A stretch of 19,955 nucleotides of DNA, taken from a bacterium (GTDB lineage: Bacteria > Hydrothermota > 32-111). The DNA lies in contig JAWOBN010000091.1 of the NCBI GenBank assembly GCA_046484245.1, forward strand, positions 1 to 19,955, written 5' to 3'. Below the pieces are notes generated by a model. The model saw nothing but the letters and a program-made list of their open reading frames with translations. It had not been told where the DNA came from and ran no database searches. The first letter of the stretch is position 1; every line of letters begins with the position of its first letter. Made by a program: the position numbers and the translations under genes. This document shows positions 6,370-15,590 of the stretch, in pieces.

Positions 6370-6901
6370 GAAACATTCAATTGAAGTGACAGGGAAAAGT
6401 ATTGAAGATGCAGTCAAGAAAGGACTGAAGAAACTCAACAGAAAGATAGAGGATATTGACATTGAGGTTCTGGACGAATCCAAGGGCGGTTTCTTTTCCT
6501 TTGGCTCAAACAAGGCAAAAGTAAGGCTTACTGTCATAAATCCCGAAGAGGATGTTGAGGAGACAGCGGATGAGGAGGATAATGAGGAGAAGGTTTCCCA
6601 GGAGGAGATACTATCCACATTTGACAGGATAATCCATCATATGGGATTTGATGTGAATCCGGAGATAGCTGATATGGATAACAAATACAGGATAATTATC
6701 AAAGAAACAGAAGATGCCAGTCTCCTCATAGGAAAAAACGGCAAGACAATTGATGCCATGCAGCTCATAATGAACAAGATATTCTCCAAGAGAAAGCTTG
6801 ATAAACCGATATATATAGATATAAAGGGCTATGTAATACAGAAACAGAAGAACAAGAGGGCCGGCAATTGGAAAAACAAAAAACGGTCTTCGCACAAATA
6901 A
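6362..6901 (+). CDS. jag: Jag/KhpB/EloR-family RNA-binding protein with Jag_N and KH domains, no R3H domain
   Basis: Jag_N: EVTGKSIEDAV...DIEVLDESKGGFFSFGSNKAKVR. KH GxxG loop: LLIGKNGKTIDAMQ. Canonical position between yidC and mnmE. Confidence 0.88.
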   Translation: MNKKHSIEVTGKSIEDAVKKGLKKLNRKIEDIDIEVLDESKGGFFSFGSNKAKVRLTVINPEEDVEETADEEDNEEKVSQEEILSTFDRIIHHMGFDVNPEIADMDNKYRIIIKETEDASLLIGKNGKTIDAMQLIMNKIFSKRKLDKPIYIDIKGYVIQKQKNKRAGNWKNKKRSSHK

Positions 6902-8187
6902 CACCGCCCGGCATATCCGCTGTAGCATCACTGAGGATATCTGGACCGGGAACAGTCCCCTTACTGAGTAAAATATCGGGGCTTGAACCGGAACACAGAA
7001 AGGTATATGTAAGAAAACTCAGTTACAATGATCATGTCCTTGACAGGGCTGTTATTCTCTTCTTCCAAAATCCCCACTCCTATACAGGCGAGGACATGGC
7101 GGAGATATCTGTTCACGGGGGTATTGCCTCCATAAGGCGGCTCAAGAACATACTGCTTGACCTGGGCATATACAAAGCAGAACCCGGGGAATTCACCAAG
7201 AGGGCATTTATAAATTCAAAGATGGATCTTATTCAGGCTGAGTCCGTACTGTCCATAACCAATGCACGCACTGTAGAGGAATTAGACAGAGCTGTGGAGG
7301 TGTCGGAGGGAAGATTATCAAAATCCGTCAACAGGATAAAAGAGGATATTGTTTATATCAAATCTTATCTTGACGGTTCCATTGATTTCCCTGATGATAT
7401 TGAATATCATCCCGGCCATATCCTCAATCTGTTCAAGGAAATAAGAGAAAAGATCACGGATATCTACGAGGGTTCCCGTGACGGCCTGCTTATGTCGGAT
7501 GGTGTGGATATACTCATAACAGGGCTGAGCAATACAGGCAAATCAACCCTCTTCAACAGGCTTATTAAAGAGGACAGGGCAATAATAACAGACAGGCCCG
7601 GGACAACAAGAGACCTGCTATCCGAGTGGATAAAGATAGGACCCCTGCCTGCCAGAATAACAGACTCAGCAGGCATAAGGGACACAGAAGAAGAGGTGGA
7701 GCGTATTGGCATGGACAAGGTCAAGAGCAGATACAGACTCTCCGATGTAATCATATTTATCTATGATGCATCCGAGGGATTTACTGAAGCTGACAGTGCC
7801 TTGTACAATGACATATCACATTACAATCACATAATCATAGGCAATAAATCGGACATAGCTGTCAATCCCCCGGTTCATGAGGGAGCACTGTTGCTCTCAG
7901 CACTTAAAGACAATGATGTCAGCACAAAGATCAATGACGCGCTGCTTGCTGCTCTGGATTTCAACAGGGAAACTGTCTCTTATATAATGAACAGGAGGGA
8001 AGCTGATATAATGAGGCTCATGGCGGGGATTATTGACAGAATTGACAATAGTGACATTGACAATAATCCCGAGATTGTTGCTGTTGAAATGGATGAACTG
8101 ATCAAACTTACAGGCAGAATGACAGGTGAAATTACGGAAGATGATATACTGGACAGTATATTCAGCAATTTCTGCATAGGAAAATAG
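6868..8187 (+). CDS. mnmE: tRNA modification GTPase MnmE (TrmE)
   Basis: TPPG..AVASLRISG, PHSYTGEDMAEISVHGG, AEPGEFTKRAF, G1 GLSNTGKSTL, PGTTRD, DSAG, NKSD and C-terminal IFSNFCIGK. The TTG start is approximate. Confidence 0.97.
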   Translation: MEKQKTVFAQITPPGISAVASLRISGPGTVPLLSKISGLEPEHRKVYVRKLSYNDHVLDRAVILFFQNPHSYTGEDMAEISVHGGIASIRRLKNILLDLGIYKAEPGEFTKRAFINSKMDLIQAESVLSITNARTVEELDRAVEVSEGRLSKSVNRIKEDIVYIKSYLDGSIDFPDDIEYHPGHILNLFKEIREKITDIYEGSRDGLLMSDGVDILITGLSNTGKSTLFNRLIKEDRAIITDRPGTTRDLLSEWIKIGPLPARITDSAGIRDTEEEVERIGMDKVKSRYRLSDVIIFIYDASEGFTEADSALYNDISHYNHIIIGNKSDIAVNPPVHEGALLLSALKDNDVSTKINDALLAALDFNRETVSYIMNRREADIMRLMAGIIDRIDNSDIDNNPEIVAVEMDELIKLTGRMTGEITEDDILDSIFSNFCIGK

Positions 8188-8195
8188 GAGATACA

Positions 8196-8873
8196 ATGAG
8201 GAAATTTACAGTGGAGACAAATTATCTCAAGACAGACAAGACAGCATGCCTGATTTCAATGGGTGAAACAAAGGTTTTGACAGTTGCCACATTATTGCCC
8301 AAGGTGCCGCCGTTTCTCAATCCCGCAGAATCCGGATGGGTAACAGCAGAATACTCAATGCTGCCCAGATCATCCGGGGACCGTATAAGAAGGGAGAGGA
8401 ACAAGGTCAAGAAAAGAGGGGTTGAAATAGAGAGGCTCATTGCCCGTTCGCTGCGCAGTGCAGTTGATCTGAGCAAGATGCCCGGTATAAGCATTATTGT
8501 TGACTGTGACGTTATAAAGGCTGACGGCGGCACAAGAGTAGCATCAATAAACGGCAGTATGATATCACTCTACATACTCCTTAAAGAGATGCATGCTGAG
8601 GAACTTATTGATGAAATGCCTGTCAAATACTTCATTGCAGGACTGTCAGCAGGTATCATTGGCAATGATATTTTCACTGATATTGATTACCGGAAGGATG
8701 TTAATGCTGATACGGATATGAATATTGTGATGAATGAAAACGGCAAGCTCGTGGAGATTCAGGGAACTGGTGAAAAGGATGTCTTTTCCGTAAATGCACT
8801 CAACAGGATGATAAAAATGTGCAGGAAGGATATCATGAAGATAATACAAAAGCAGAAGCAAGCGGCACTATGA
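8196..8873 (+). CDS. rph: Ribonuclease PH
   Basis: GETKVL, GWVTAEYSMLPRS, EIERLIARSLR, DCDVIKADGGTR, DTDMNIVM, EIQGTGE. AGGAG RBS. Confidence 0.95.
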   Translation: MRKFTVETNYLKTDKTACLISMGETKVLTVATLLPKVPPFLNPAESGWVTAEYSMLPRSSGDRIRRERNKVKKRGVEIERLIARSLRSAVDLSKMPGISIIVDCDVIKADGGTRVASINGSMISLYILLKEMHAEELIDEMPVKYFIAGLSAGIIGNDIFTDIDYRKDVNADTDMNIVMNENGKLVEIQGTGEKDVFSVNALNRMIKMCRKDIMKIIQKQKQAAL

Positions 8874-9862
8874 CTGAAGTGCACATAGACCACACTGTGA
8901 AGAGCAAATTGCTCAATATACGGCTGGACAAATACCTCCGTGCAATAGGTGTAAGGATATCCAGAAGCAGGATTTCAAAAATAATCAAAGAGGGCAAAGT
9001 CACTGTAAACGGTGTGGTGAGGAAACCCTCATATCTCATCAAGACAGGAGACAGAATCATTGTTGACTATAAGAAACTGGACAGAAAGGATATCAAACCG
9101 CAGGATATACCCATTAATGTCATTTACGAGGATGAAGACATTATTGTAGTCAACAAGGACCGTGATATGGTTGTTCATCCTGCCAGGGGCAACAGGGACG
9201 GAACAATGGTCAATGCGCTGCTCCATCATTCTGTTATCAAGGGCGGCGAGAAATTCAGGCCCGGTGTTGTTCACAGGCTGGACAAGGATACAACAGGTGT
9301 TATGGTGTTTGCCAAGAATGAGCGCTCACATGCCAGTCTGGGGTATCAGATAGAGAAGAGAAGGGTTGATAAGATATACATAGCCATTGTATGGGGCAAT
9401 CTGATGAGGAATATAGGGACTATTGAAAAACCGCTCGGCAAAAAGCCTTCCAACAGGAAACTGATGGCAGTAACACCTGTAAACAGCAAGCACGCTGTTA
9501 CTCATTACAGTGTCATTGAGAGAATGCTTCTGGCAACAATGCTCAGAATAAGACTGGAGACAGGAAGGACGCATCAGATAAGGGTTCACCTTTCACATTC
9601 AGGCCATCCTGTAATCGGTGATGATTATTACGGACGGAATTCCAGGAGTACAGTCAAGACATTACCTGTTGACATCAAGAAGCATTATGAATATATTGAT
9701 AATCTGATGGAGAGGCAGGCACTGCATGCAGCATCATTGTCATTCAGGCATCCTGCAACAGAAGAGATGATGAATTTCTATGCGCCTCTCCCTCAAGATA
9801 TGATTGAACTGATAGAAGAATTAAGAACTATAAGGGACAATTATGAAACTGATAATAGTTGA
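8870..9862 (+). CDS. rluD: RluA-family pseudouridine synthase with N-terminal S4 domain (RluD-like)
   Basis: S4 domain RLDKYL...SRSRI...G.VTVNG, then IYEDEDIIVVNK, catalytic GVVHRLDKDTTG, LETGRTHQIRVH, GHPVIGDDYYG, RQALHA. Start placed at ATG 8870 (ATGA overlap with the rph stop). Confidence 0.92.
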   Translation: MTEVHIDHTVKSKLLNIRLDKYLRAIGVRISRSRISKIIKEGKVTVNGVVRKPSYLIKTGDRIIVDYKKLDRKDIKPQDIPINVIYEDEDIIVVNKDRDMVVHPARGNRDGTMVNALLHHSVIKGGEKFRPGVVHRLDKDTTGVMVFAKNERSHASLGYQIEKRRVDKIYIAIVWGNLMRNIGTIEKPLGKKPSNRKLMAVTPVNSKHAVTHYSVIERMLLATMLRIRLETGRTHQIRVHLSHSGHPVIGDDYYGRNSRSTVKTLPVDIKKHYEYIDNLMERQALHAASLSFRHPATEEMMNFYAPLPQDMIELIEELRTIRDNYETDNS

Positions 9863-12020
9863 GTCACCGACAAAAGCCAAGACAATAAAGAATTATGCAG
9901 GAAAGGACTTCAAGGTAATATCATCAAAGGGTCATATTATTGACCTGCCTGCAAAGGAGCTGGGTATTGATATTGAGGGAGGATTCATTCCCAAATTCAA
10001 ACCCATACCTTCAAAGAAGAAAGCAATTCAGGCAATATCAAAGGAATCAAAATCTGCTGACAGTATATTCATTGCCACTGACCCTGACAGAGAGGGTGAG
10101 GCAATAGCATATTTTGTTAATTCTGTTATTGACCCCCGGAAAAAGGACAGCACGAAACGCGTGCTTTTCTACGAGATCACAAAAAAAGGAATTACAAACG
10201 GGCTGAGCAATCCCCGTGATATCAACCAGAATCTGGTCAATGCTCAGTTTGCCAGAAGAATGCTTGACAGGATTGTCGGGTATAAGATAAGCCCGTTCTT
10301 ATGGCAGACCATTGCCCGCGACCTGTCTGCAGGCAGGGTTCAGAGTGTGGCTCTGAGACTTATCTGTGAAAAGGAAGAGAAGATAAAGGCATTCATACCA
10401 AAGGAATATTACAAGATAAGCGGTATGTTCCCCGGTGATAAGGACAATGATTTCAAGGCGGATCTGATTAAATTAAAAGGCAAGAATGTGAAAGATGTGA
10501 AAATACAGAATGACAGTGATATCAGGGATTATCTGATGGGACAACAGTACGCTATATCCCTTCTTGAGACAAAGAAGAAGAAACAGCACCCGCTGCCGCC
10601 ATTCATTACATCAACACTTCAGCAGACAGCATCCAATGTGTATAATTTCTCAGCAAAAAGAACAATGAGTACAGCCCAGAAACTCTATGAGGGTATTGAG
10701 ATAGACGGTAAACTGACAGGTCTCATTACATATATGAGGACTGATTCAACAAGATTATCCGATGAATCACTTGATTCAATGAGGGACTATATAAAGGACA
10801 ATTTAGGAGACAGGTATCTCCCGCAGAAAGCAAGATTCTTCAAGAAAGCCAAGAGGTCACAGGATGCCCATGAGGCAATACGTCCCACTGATATTAATCT
10901 CACACCGCAAAAGGTTCAGGGTTCATTAAACAAGAGTCAATTCAAACTCTACTCACTGATATGGTCCAGGGCATTGGCAAGCCAGATGAATCCGGCTGAA
11001 TTTTCAATGACCAAGATTGAGCTTACTGCTGAGAAGAATCTGTTCAGGTCAATAGGCAACATACTGCTATTTGACGGTTTTTTGAAGATATATCCATACA
11101 GCAAATCACGCAATACCGACAATACAATCCCCGACCTGGACAAGGAAGAGACCCTGAAACTCATCTCAGTGGATATCAGCAGGGAGAAAACAAAACCGCC
11201 TGCACGCTATACAGAGGCAAAACTCGTCAAGACATTGGAGAAGGAAGGCATTGGAAGACCCAGCACATACGCACAGACAATAGATACTCTGCTCAGAAAG
11301 GAATATGTCAGTAAGCTGAACAAGCAATTTACACCCACTGATCTGGGTATGACAGTCAACCGTGTTCTCGTGAAGCATTTTCCGGATATCATCAATGTCA
11401 ATTTCACTGCTGAAATGGAGGATAAACTTGACAGTGTTGAGGATAATGACATTGACTATGTGAAAATGCTCAGTGATTTTTATGAGGATTTCAAGAAGGT
11501 TCTTGCTGCTGCAATGGACAAGGCAAAGGATATTAAAAAAGGCCTTCAGGAGAAGACAGATATCAAATGCGAGAAATGCGGGGCTCCCATGGTTATCAAA
11601 TGGGGTAAATTCGGCAAATTCCTCGCCTGTTCCAATTATCCGGAGTGCAAAAGCACAAAACCTCTCAATGAGGAGAAGATAACAGATGAGCAATGCCCTC
11701 AATGCGGCAAGGAGCTCATTATAAAGAGGGGGCGCTACGGCAGATTCGTGGCATGCAGTGATTATCCCAATTGTAAATTCACAAAACCCGTTTCAACAGG
11801 CATAAAATGCCCCGAATGCTCCAAGGGTGAGCTGATTGAAAAACAGTCAAGAAAGGGCAGGATATTCTGGGGATGCAGCAATTATCCTGACTGCAAGTTT
11901 GCAACATGGTATAAGCCGGTCAAGAAGGCATGCCCTGAGTGCAGTCATCCCTATATGGAGCTCAGAAGGGACAAACTCGTCTGTCCGAAGTGCAAGCATA
12001 GAGAAGAACCGGAGGAATAG
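9843..12020 (+). CDS. topA: DNA topoisomerase I (type IA) with C-terminal zinc ribbons
   Basis: IVESPTKAKTI, ATDPDREGE (TOPRIM), SAGRVQS, LITYMRTDS (catalytic Tyr), QDAHEAIRPT, GIGRPSTYA. Three CxxC...CS.YP.C ribbons plus a fourth short CPEC...CPKC. Confidence 0.98.
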   Translation: MKLIIVESPTKAKTIKNYAGKDFKVISSKGHIIDLPAKELGIDIEGGFIPKFKPIPSKKKAIQAISKESKSADSIFIATDPDREGEAIAYFVNSVIDPRKKDSTKRVLFYEITKKGITNGLSNPRDINQNLVNAQFARRMLDRIVGYKISPFLWQTIARDLSAGRVQSVALRLICEKEEKIKAFIPKEYYKISGMFPGDKDNDFKADLIKLKGKNVKDVKIQNDSDIRDYLMGQQYAISLLETKKKKQHPLPPFITSTLQQTASNVYNFSAKRTMSTAQKLYEGIEIDGKLTGLITYMRTDSTRLSDESLDSMRDYIKDNLGDRYLPQKARFFKKAKRSQDAHEAIRPTDINLTPQKVQGSLNKSQFKLYSLIWSRALASQMNPAEFSMTKIELTAEKNLFRSIGNILLFDGFLKIYPYSKSRNTDNTIPDLDKEETLKLISVDISREKTKPPARYTEAKLVKTLEKEGIGRPSTYAQTIDTLLRKEYVSKLNKQFTPTDLGMTVNRVLVKHFPDIINVNFTAEMEDKLDSVEDNDIDYVKMLSDFYEDFKKVLAAAMDKAKDIKKGLQEKTDIKCEKCGAPMVIKWGKFGKFLACSNYPECKSTKPLNEEKITDEQCPQCGKELIIKRGRYGRFVACSDYPNCKFTKPVSTGIKCPECSKGELIEKQSRKGRIFWGCSNYPDCKFATWYKPVKKACPECSHPYMELRRDKLVCPKCKHREEPEE

Positions 12021-12030
12021 GTAATACAGT

Positions 12031-12561
12031 ATGGAGACATATGCTGCATTTGTCAGGCAGAACCCGCTTCTGACTGCATTCATTCAATTTGCTGTTCTGG
12101 GAACTATCGGCGAGATGCTGTCATTCCCCATAAAGGGCAAACCCCTGAAACATATGGGCGGACCTGTGGAAATACTGCTCAAGATAATTGCCTGGGGCAT
12201 ACTGGGTATTGTGATAAAATTCGGATTCGCCGGTATGAAGGGTTTCACCGGCATACTGATGCATCTCAATTATATTCCCTATTTTAAGACAGGATCATTG
12301 GGCTGGGCACTCTCCGTTTCCGTATTCACAAATATTTTCTTCGGTCCTCAGATGATGGTCTTTCACAGATTTGAGGAAAATCTCATTATGAGACAGTGGA
12401 GTTTCAAGGGCATTAAACAGGCGTGGTTCACACTGATATGGTTCTGGATACCGGCTCACACATTGACATTTATGCTGCCGGGTGAGTATCAGATCGGTCT
12501 TGCAGCACTCTGGTCAATTGTTCTGGGAATAATTCTAGGTTTCACATACAAAGCAAATTAG
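12031..12561 (+). CDS. Integral membrane protein, Mpv17/PMP22-like
   Basis: About five hydrophobic segments. LLTAFIQFAVLGTIGEMLS near the N-terminus and WFWIPAHTLTFMLP..YQIGLAALWSIV near the C-terminus resemble the Mpv17/PMP22 pattern (W.P....F..P). The family call is by eye. Confidence 0.6.
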   Translation: METYAAFVRQNPLLTAFIQFAVLGTIGEMLSFPIKGKPLKHMGGPVEILLKIIAWGILGIVIKFGFAGMKGFTGILMHLNYIPYFKTGSLGWALSVSVFTNIFFGPQMMVFHRFEENLIMRQWSFKGIKQAWFTLIWFWIPAHTLTFMLPGEYQIGLAALWSIVLGIILGFTYKAN

Positions 12562-12562
12562 T

Positions 12563-13462
12563 TCAATCCTTATTCCCCTTTTCAAGGGGATGGGAATTGC
12601 TGTAAACCTCTTTGAGTTTTTCCACTGTTGTATGGGTGTATATCTGAGTGGATGCAATGGATGAATGCCCGAGCAATTCCTGCACAGCCCTGATATCAGC
12701 CCCCCTGTCCAGCATATGGGTGGCAAATGTATGTCTCATTGTATGAGGGCTCATCTTCCGGACAACTGCAAATCTCTTCAAATGCTTTTTTACTATTCTT
12801 CTCAAGTCCCTGTTTGTCAGATGCCTGCCCCTCACTGATACAATGAGATAATCTGTTGAAGGATTCACAGAGGGTCTTGCTGCCAGATAGGCGGTAATTG
12901 CATCTGCTGCAAACCTGTTGAATGGCACAAGTCTCTCTTTCCCCCCTTTACCGTAGCGTATTCTGATAATAAATCCCTTGAGATCAATGTCATCTGCCTT
13001 GAGACTGAGCATTTCATTTGACCTCATTCCTGTTGCATAGAGTATCTCAAATATCATCTTATCGCGTTTTCCGGTGAATTTATCTGTATTGAATGCAGAG
13101 AGAAGCTCCCTCATTACTTCAACAGAAAGAAACTCCGGCAGTTTCTTCTCATAACCCGGTGTTTTTATCAGTGAAAGGGGATTGGTTTCTATGATTTCAT
13201 TCTTCAGGAGATATTTGAAGAATGATTTGAGTGTGGCGATCTTTCTGGACACAGTCCTCTTGCTGACACTCCGGTCATTGAGGTATGCCATGAAAGCCCT
13301 GATGTGAAAGGGCTCAGTGCTCAAAACATCAATGCCCTTGTCTGTCATGAACTGCCTGAATTGTTTCAGATCACTGCTGTATGCCTTTATTGTGCGGCTG
13401 GAATAATCCCTGTTGTATTCAATATAGTAGAGGAATGCATCCACCGGTTCCCTGCCGGTCAT
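12563..13462 (-). CDS. xerC: Tyrosine recombinase XerC (XerC/XerD family)
   Basis: N-terminal S.RTIKAYSSDL and catalytic residues in ATGMR, GKGGKER, SPHTMRHTFATH, QELLGH, TQIYT. LTNRDLRRIVKK and GADIRAVQELLGHSSIAS favour XerC over XerD. Start ATG 13462 with AGGA upstream; TTG 13468 is an alternative. Confidence 0.88.
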   Translation of the reverse strand: MTGREPVDAFLYYIEYNRDYSSRTIKAYSSDLKQFRQFMTDKGIDVLSTEPFHIRAFMAYLNDRSVSKRTVSRKIATLKSFFKYLLKNEIIETNPLSLIKTPGYEKKLPEFLSVEVMRELLSAFNTDKFTGKRDKMIFEILYATGMRSNEMLSLKADDIDLKGFIIRIRYGKGGKERLVPFNRFAADAITAYLAARPSVNPSTDYLIVSVRGRHLTNRDLRRIVKKHLKRFAVVRKMSPHTMRHTFATHMLDRGADIRAVQELLGHSSIASTQIYTHTTVEKLKEVYSNSHPLEKGNKD

Positions 13463-13464
13463 AA

Positions 13465-14334
13465 TCAATTTCCTGTCTTCAGATTATACTTGTCTGTCAG
13501 ATTCTTATTATAGGAGAACTTCAGGCCTGATGGTGAAATAAATCCAATATCTTTTGGTGTCTCTTCATTATAGAGCCGGATAGCAAGCTCCCCTGCCTTC
13601 TCCCCCAATCCACTGACATCAAAGACAATTGATGCAGTGACTCCTCTTTTCATGTATTTCCCATTGAGGCTTATAAGGGGTATACCCTCACTCTCGGCAT
13701 TTTTCAGGATTTCACTGAATATGCCCTCTTCAAGAACAAAGGGGTCAGACCCCAGCCATATTGCATCAATTCCCGATGCCTTGAACATCTTGACTGTCAT
13801 CTTGATATCGCCTGCTGATGAAATATTGCCCAGTTCCACTGATAGACCTTTCTCTTCAGCAGATTCCTTGAAACTCTTTGCAGATTCAAGGGAATTATCA
13901 ACATTGAATATCAGACCGATCTTCTTTACAGACGGCAGTTTTGTCCTGAAATAATCAATAATATCCGTACTGCCTGTGCCGAATTCAATACCGCAGACAT
14001 TATCCTTCTCTATAATCCGGGAAGGGATATTATCAAAGAGTGATATAATGAGGGGTACATTGTCAATATTCGGTGCAATATCACTGATTGTCCTGTCCCC
14101 CAGAAGCAACACTGCTCCGGGTCCGGCAATCATTATCCTGCCGACAATATTGTAGAGGCGGTTGGAGTCATTCTGCAGATTATAGGTGAAGAAATCAAAT
14201 TTTGACCTTGCTTTGAATGATTCAATGAATTCACCCGTTGTTTCACTTTCACCTGAACTGACTATATACACAGTAAAACCATTGAGGACTATAATAAACA
14301 TCATGAGAATAAGAGATATCACAATCTTCTTCAT
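13465..14334 (-). CDS. ABC-transporter substrate-binding-like exported protein
   Basis: Signal peptide MKKIVISLILMMFIIVLNG. LPSVKKIGLIFN, IDAIWL..D, GIPLI, G..AGELAIRL..GETPKDI-like and a terminal YNKN resemble the ABC_sub_bind family. Confidence 0.7.
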   Translation of the reverse strand: MKKIVISLILMMFIIVLNGFTVYIVSSGESETTGEFIESFKARSKFDFFTYNLQNDSNRLYNIVGRIMIAGPGAVLLLGDRTISDIAPNIDNVPLIISLFDNIPSRIIEKDNVCGIEFGTGSTDIIDYFRTKLPSVKKIGLIFNVDNSLESAKSFKESAEEKGLSVELGNISSAGDIKMTVKMFKASGIDAIWLGSDPFVLEEGIFSEILKNAESEGIPLISLNGKYMKRGVTASIVFDVSGLGEKAGELAIRLYNEETPKDIGFISPSGLKFSYNKNLTDKYNLKTGN

Positions 14335-15590
14335 TTTAATGCCCTCTTTCCTATATCCTTTCTGTAGAAGGAATTATTGATATTAATTCCGGAAATATTA
14401 CTGTACACACTCTCCACTGCTTCCCTGAGATCTCTCCCTGTAGCTGTTATCCCGATTATACGCCCGCCTGAAGCAATGAGCTTATTGTCTTCCAGACTTG
14501 TGCCTGCCTGGAATATCTCTATATTGTCATCCAGTGAACTGTGGTCTATTTTTATTTCCCCGCCTTTTCTGTACTGCCCGGGGTATCCCTCTGAAGCAAT
14601 TATCACTGTGACAGCTGCCCCGGGGGCAAAACTTATTGATTCAATTTCCAGACTCCCTGCAGCAGACTGTTTCAGTAAGGGGTAAAGCTCGTCTTTCATG
14701 AGAGGAAGAATGGACTGTGTCTCCGGGTCACCGAAACGTGCATTGAACTCAACCACCTTAGGTCCCTCTTCTGTTATCATAAGCCCGCAGTACAGTAGTC
14801 CCCTGAATGGTGACCCGTCCTCTATAAGGCCCTCCAGCACGGGCTTTATTATTGTGTTCATTATCCTGCTGCTGACCTGTTCATTGACAAGCTCACAGGG
14901 TGCGTAAGAGCCCATTCCCCCCGTATTGAGACCCTTGTCATCATCCAGAGCCCTCTTGAAATCCTGCGCCGGCAGCATAGGAACAGTTTTAACGGAATCT
15001 GTTATTACAAAGAGTGATGCTTCTGAACCTTCCATGAACTGCTCAATAATAATTCTGCCGGACGCATCACCGAATCTGTTCTCATTGAATATCTCATCAA
15101 CTGCTCTGTCCAGTTCTTCTCTGCTCTTGATAATATAAGCGCCTTTACCGGCTGCAAGACCCGAGACCTTAACTACATAAGGATAATCCCTGCTTTTTAT
15201 CTCGCTGTCAAATTCTTCACGGGATTCAACAACTGTGCAATCTGCAGTGGGCACATTCTTTCTTTCCATCAATTTCTTGGCATAGGCCTTATCTGTCTCA
15301 ATCCTTGCTGCTTGTGAGGAGGGGCCGAATACATCAATATTATACTCCTTAAGATAATCCGTCAGTCCATCGGCAAGATACTGTTCAGGACCGATTACAA
15401 CAAGATCAATGCTTCTGTCAAGCGCATAATCCTTTATTGAATCAAAATGCCCCGATATATCGGCATATTTGCCTATTGATAAGATTCCGGGATTACCCGG
15501 ATACGCAAACACATCAATACCCTCATCTGCCAGTTTCCAGGCCAATGCGCTCTCTCTTCCCCCACTGCCGATTATCATTACTTTAGTCAC
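14331..15590 (-). CDS. purD: Phosphoribosylamine--glycine ligase
   Basis: KVMIIGSGGRE, PGNPG, VVIGPE, GLAAGKG, QDFKR..DDDKGLNTGGMGSYAP, EFNARFGDPETQ, YRKDIG. Start moved to GTG 15590 with AGGAG upstream. Confidence 0.96.
   Translation of the reverse strand: MTKVMIIGSGGRESALAWKLADEGIDVFAYPGNPGILSIGKYADISGHFDSIKDYALDRSIDLVVIGPEQYLADGLTDYLKEYNIDVFGPSSQAARIETDKAYAKKLMERKNVPTADCTVVESREEFDSEIKSRDYPYVVKVSGLAAGKGAYIIKSREELDRAVDEIFNENRFGDASGRIIIEQFMEGSEASLFVITDSVKTVPMLPAQDFKRALDDDKGLNTGGMGSYAPCELVNEQVSSRIMNTIIKPVLEGLIEDGSPFRGLLYCGLMITEEGPKVVEFNARFGDPETQSILPLMKDELYPLLKQSAAGSLEIESISFAPGAAVTVIIASEGYPGQYRKGGEIKIDHSSLDDNIEIFQAGTSLEDNKLIASGGRIIGITATGRDLREAVESVYSNISGININNSFYRKDIGKRALK

Noticed and set aside
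11560..11995. Recurring TGC/TGT...ATTATCC DNA repeats in the 3' end of topA
   Set aside because: Explained by the repeated zinc-ribbon motifs (CS.YP.CK) of topoisomerase I.
12563..13462. xerC as a phage or island integrase
   Set aside because: It is ~300 aa with no arm-binding N-terminal extension, sits in a housekeeping run, and has no adjacent tRNA, att repeats or cargo genes.
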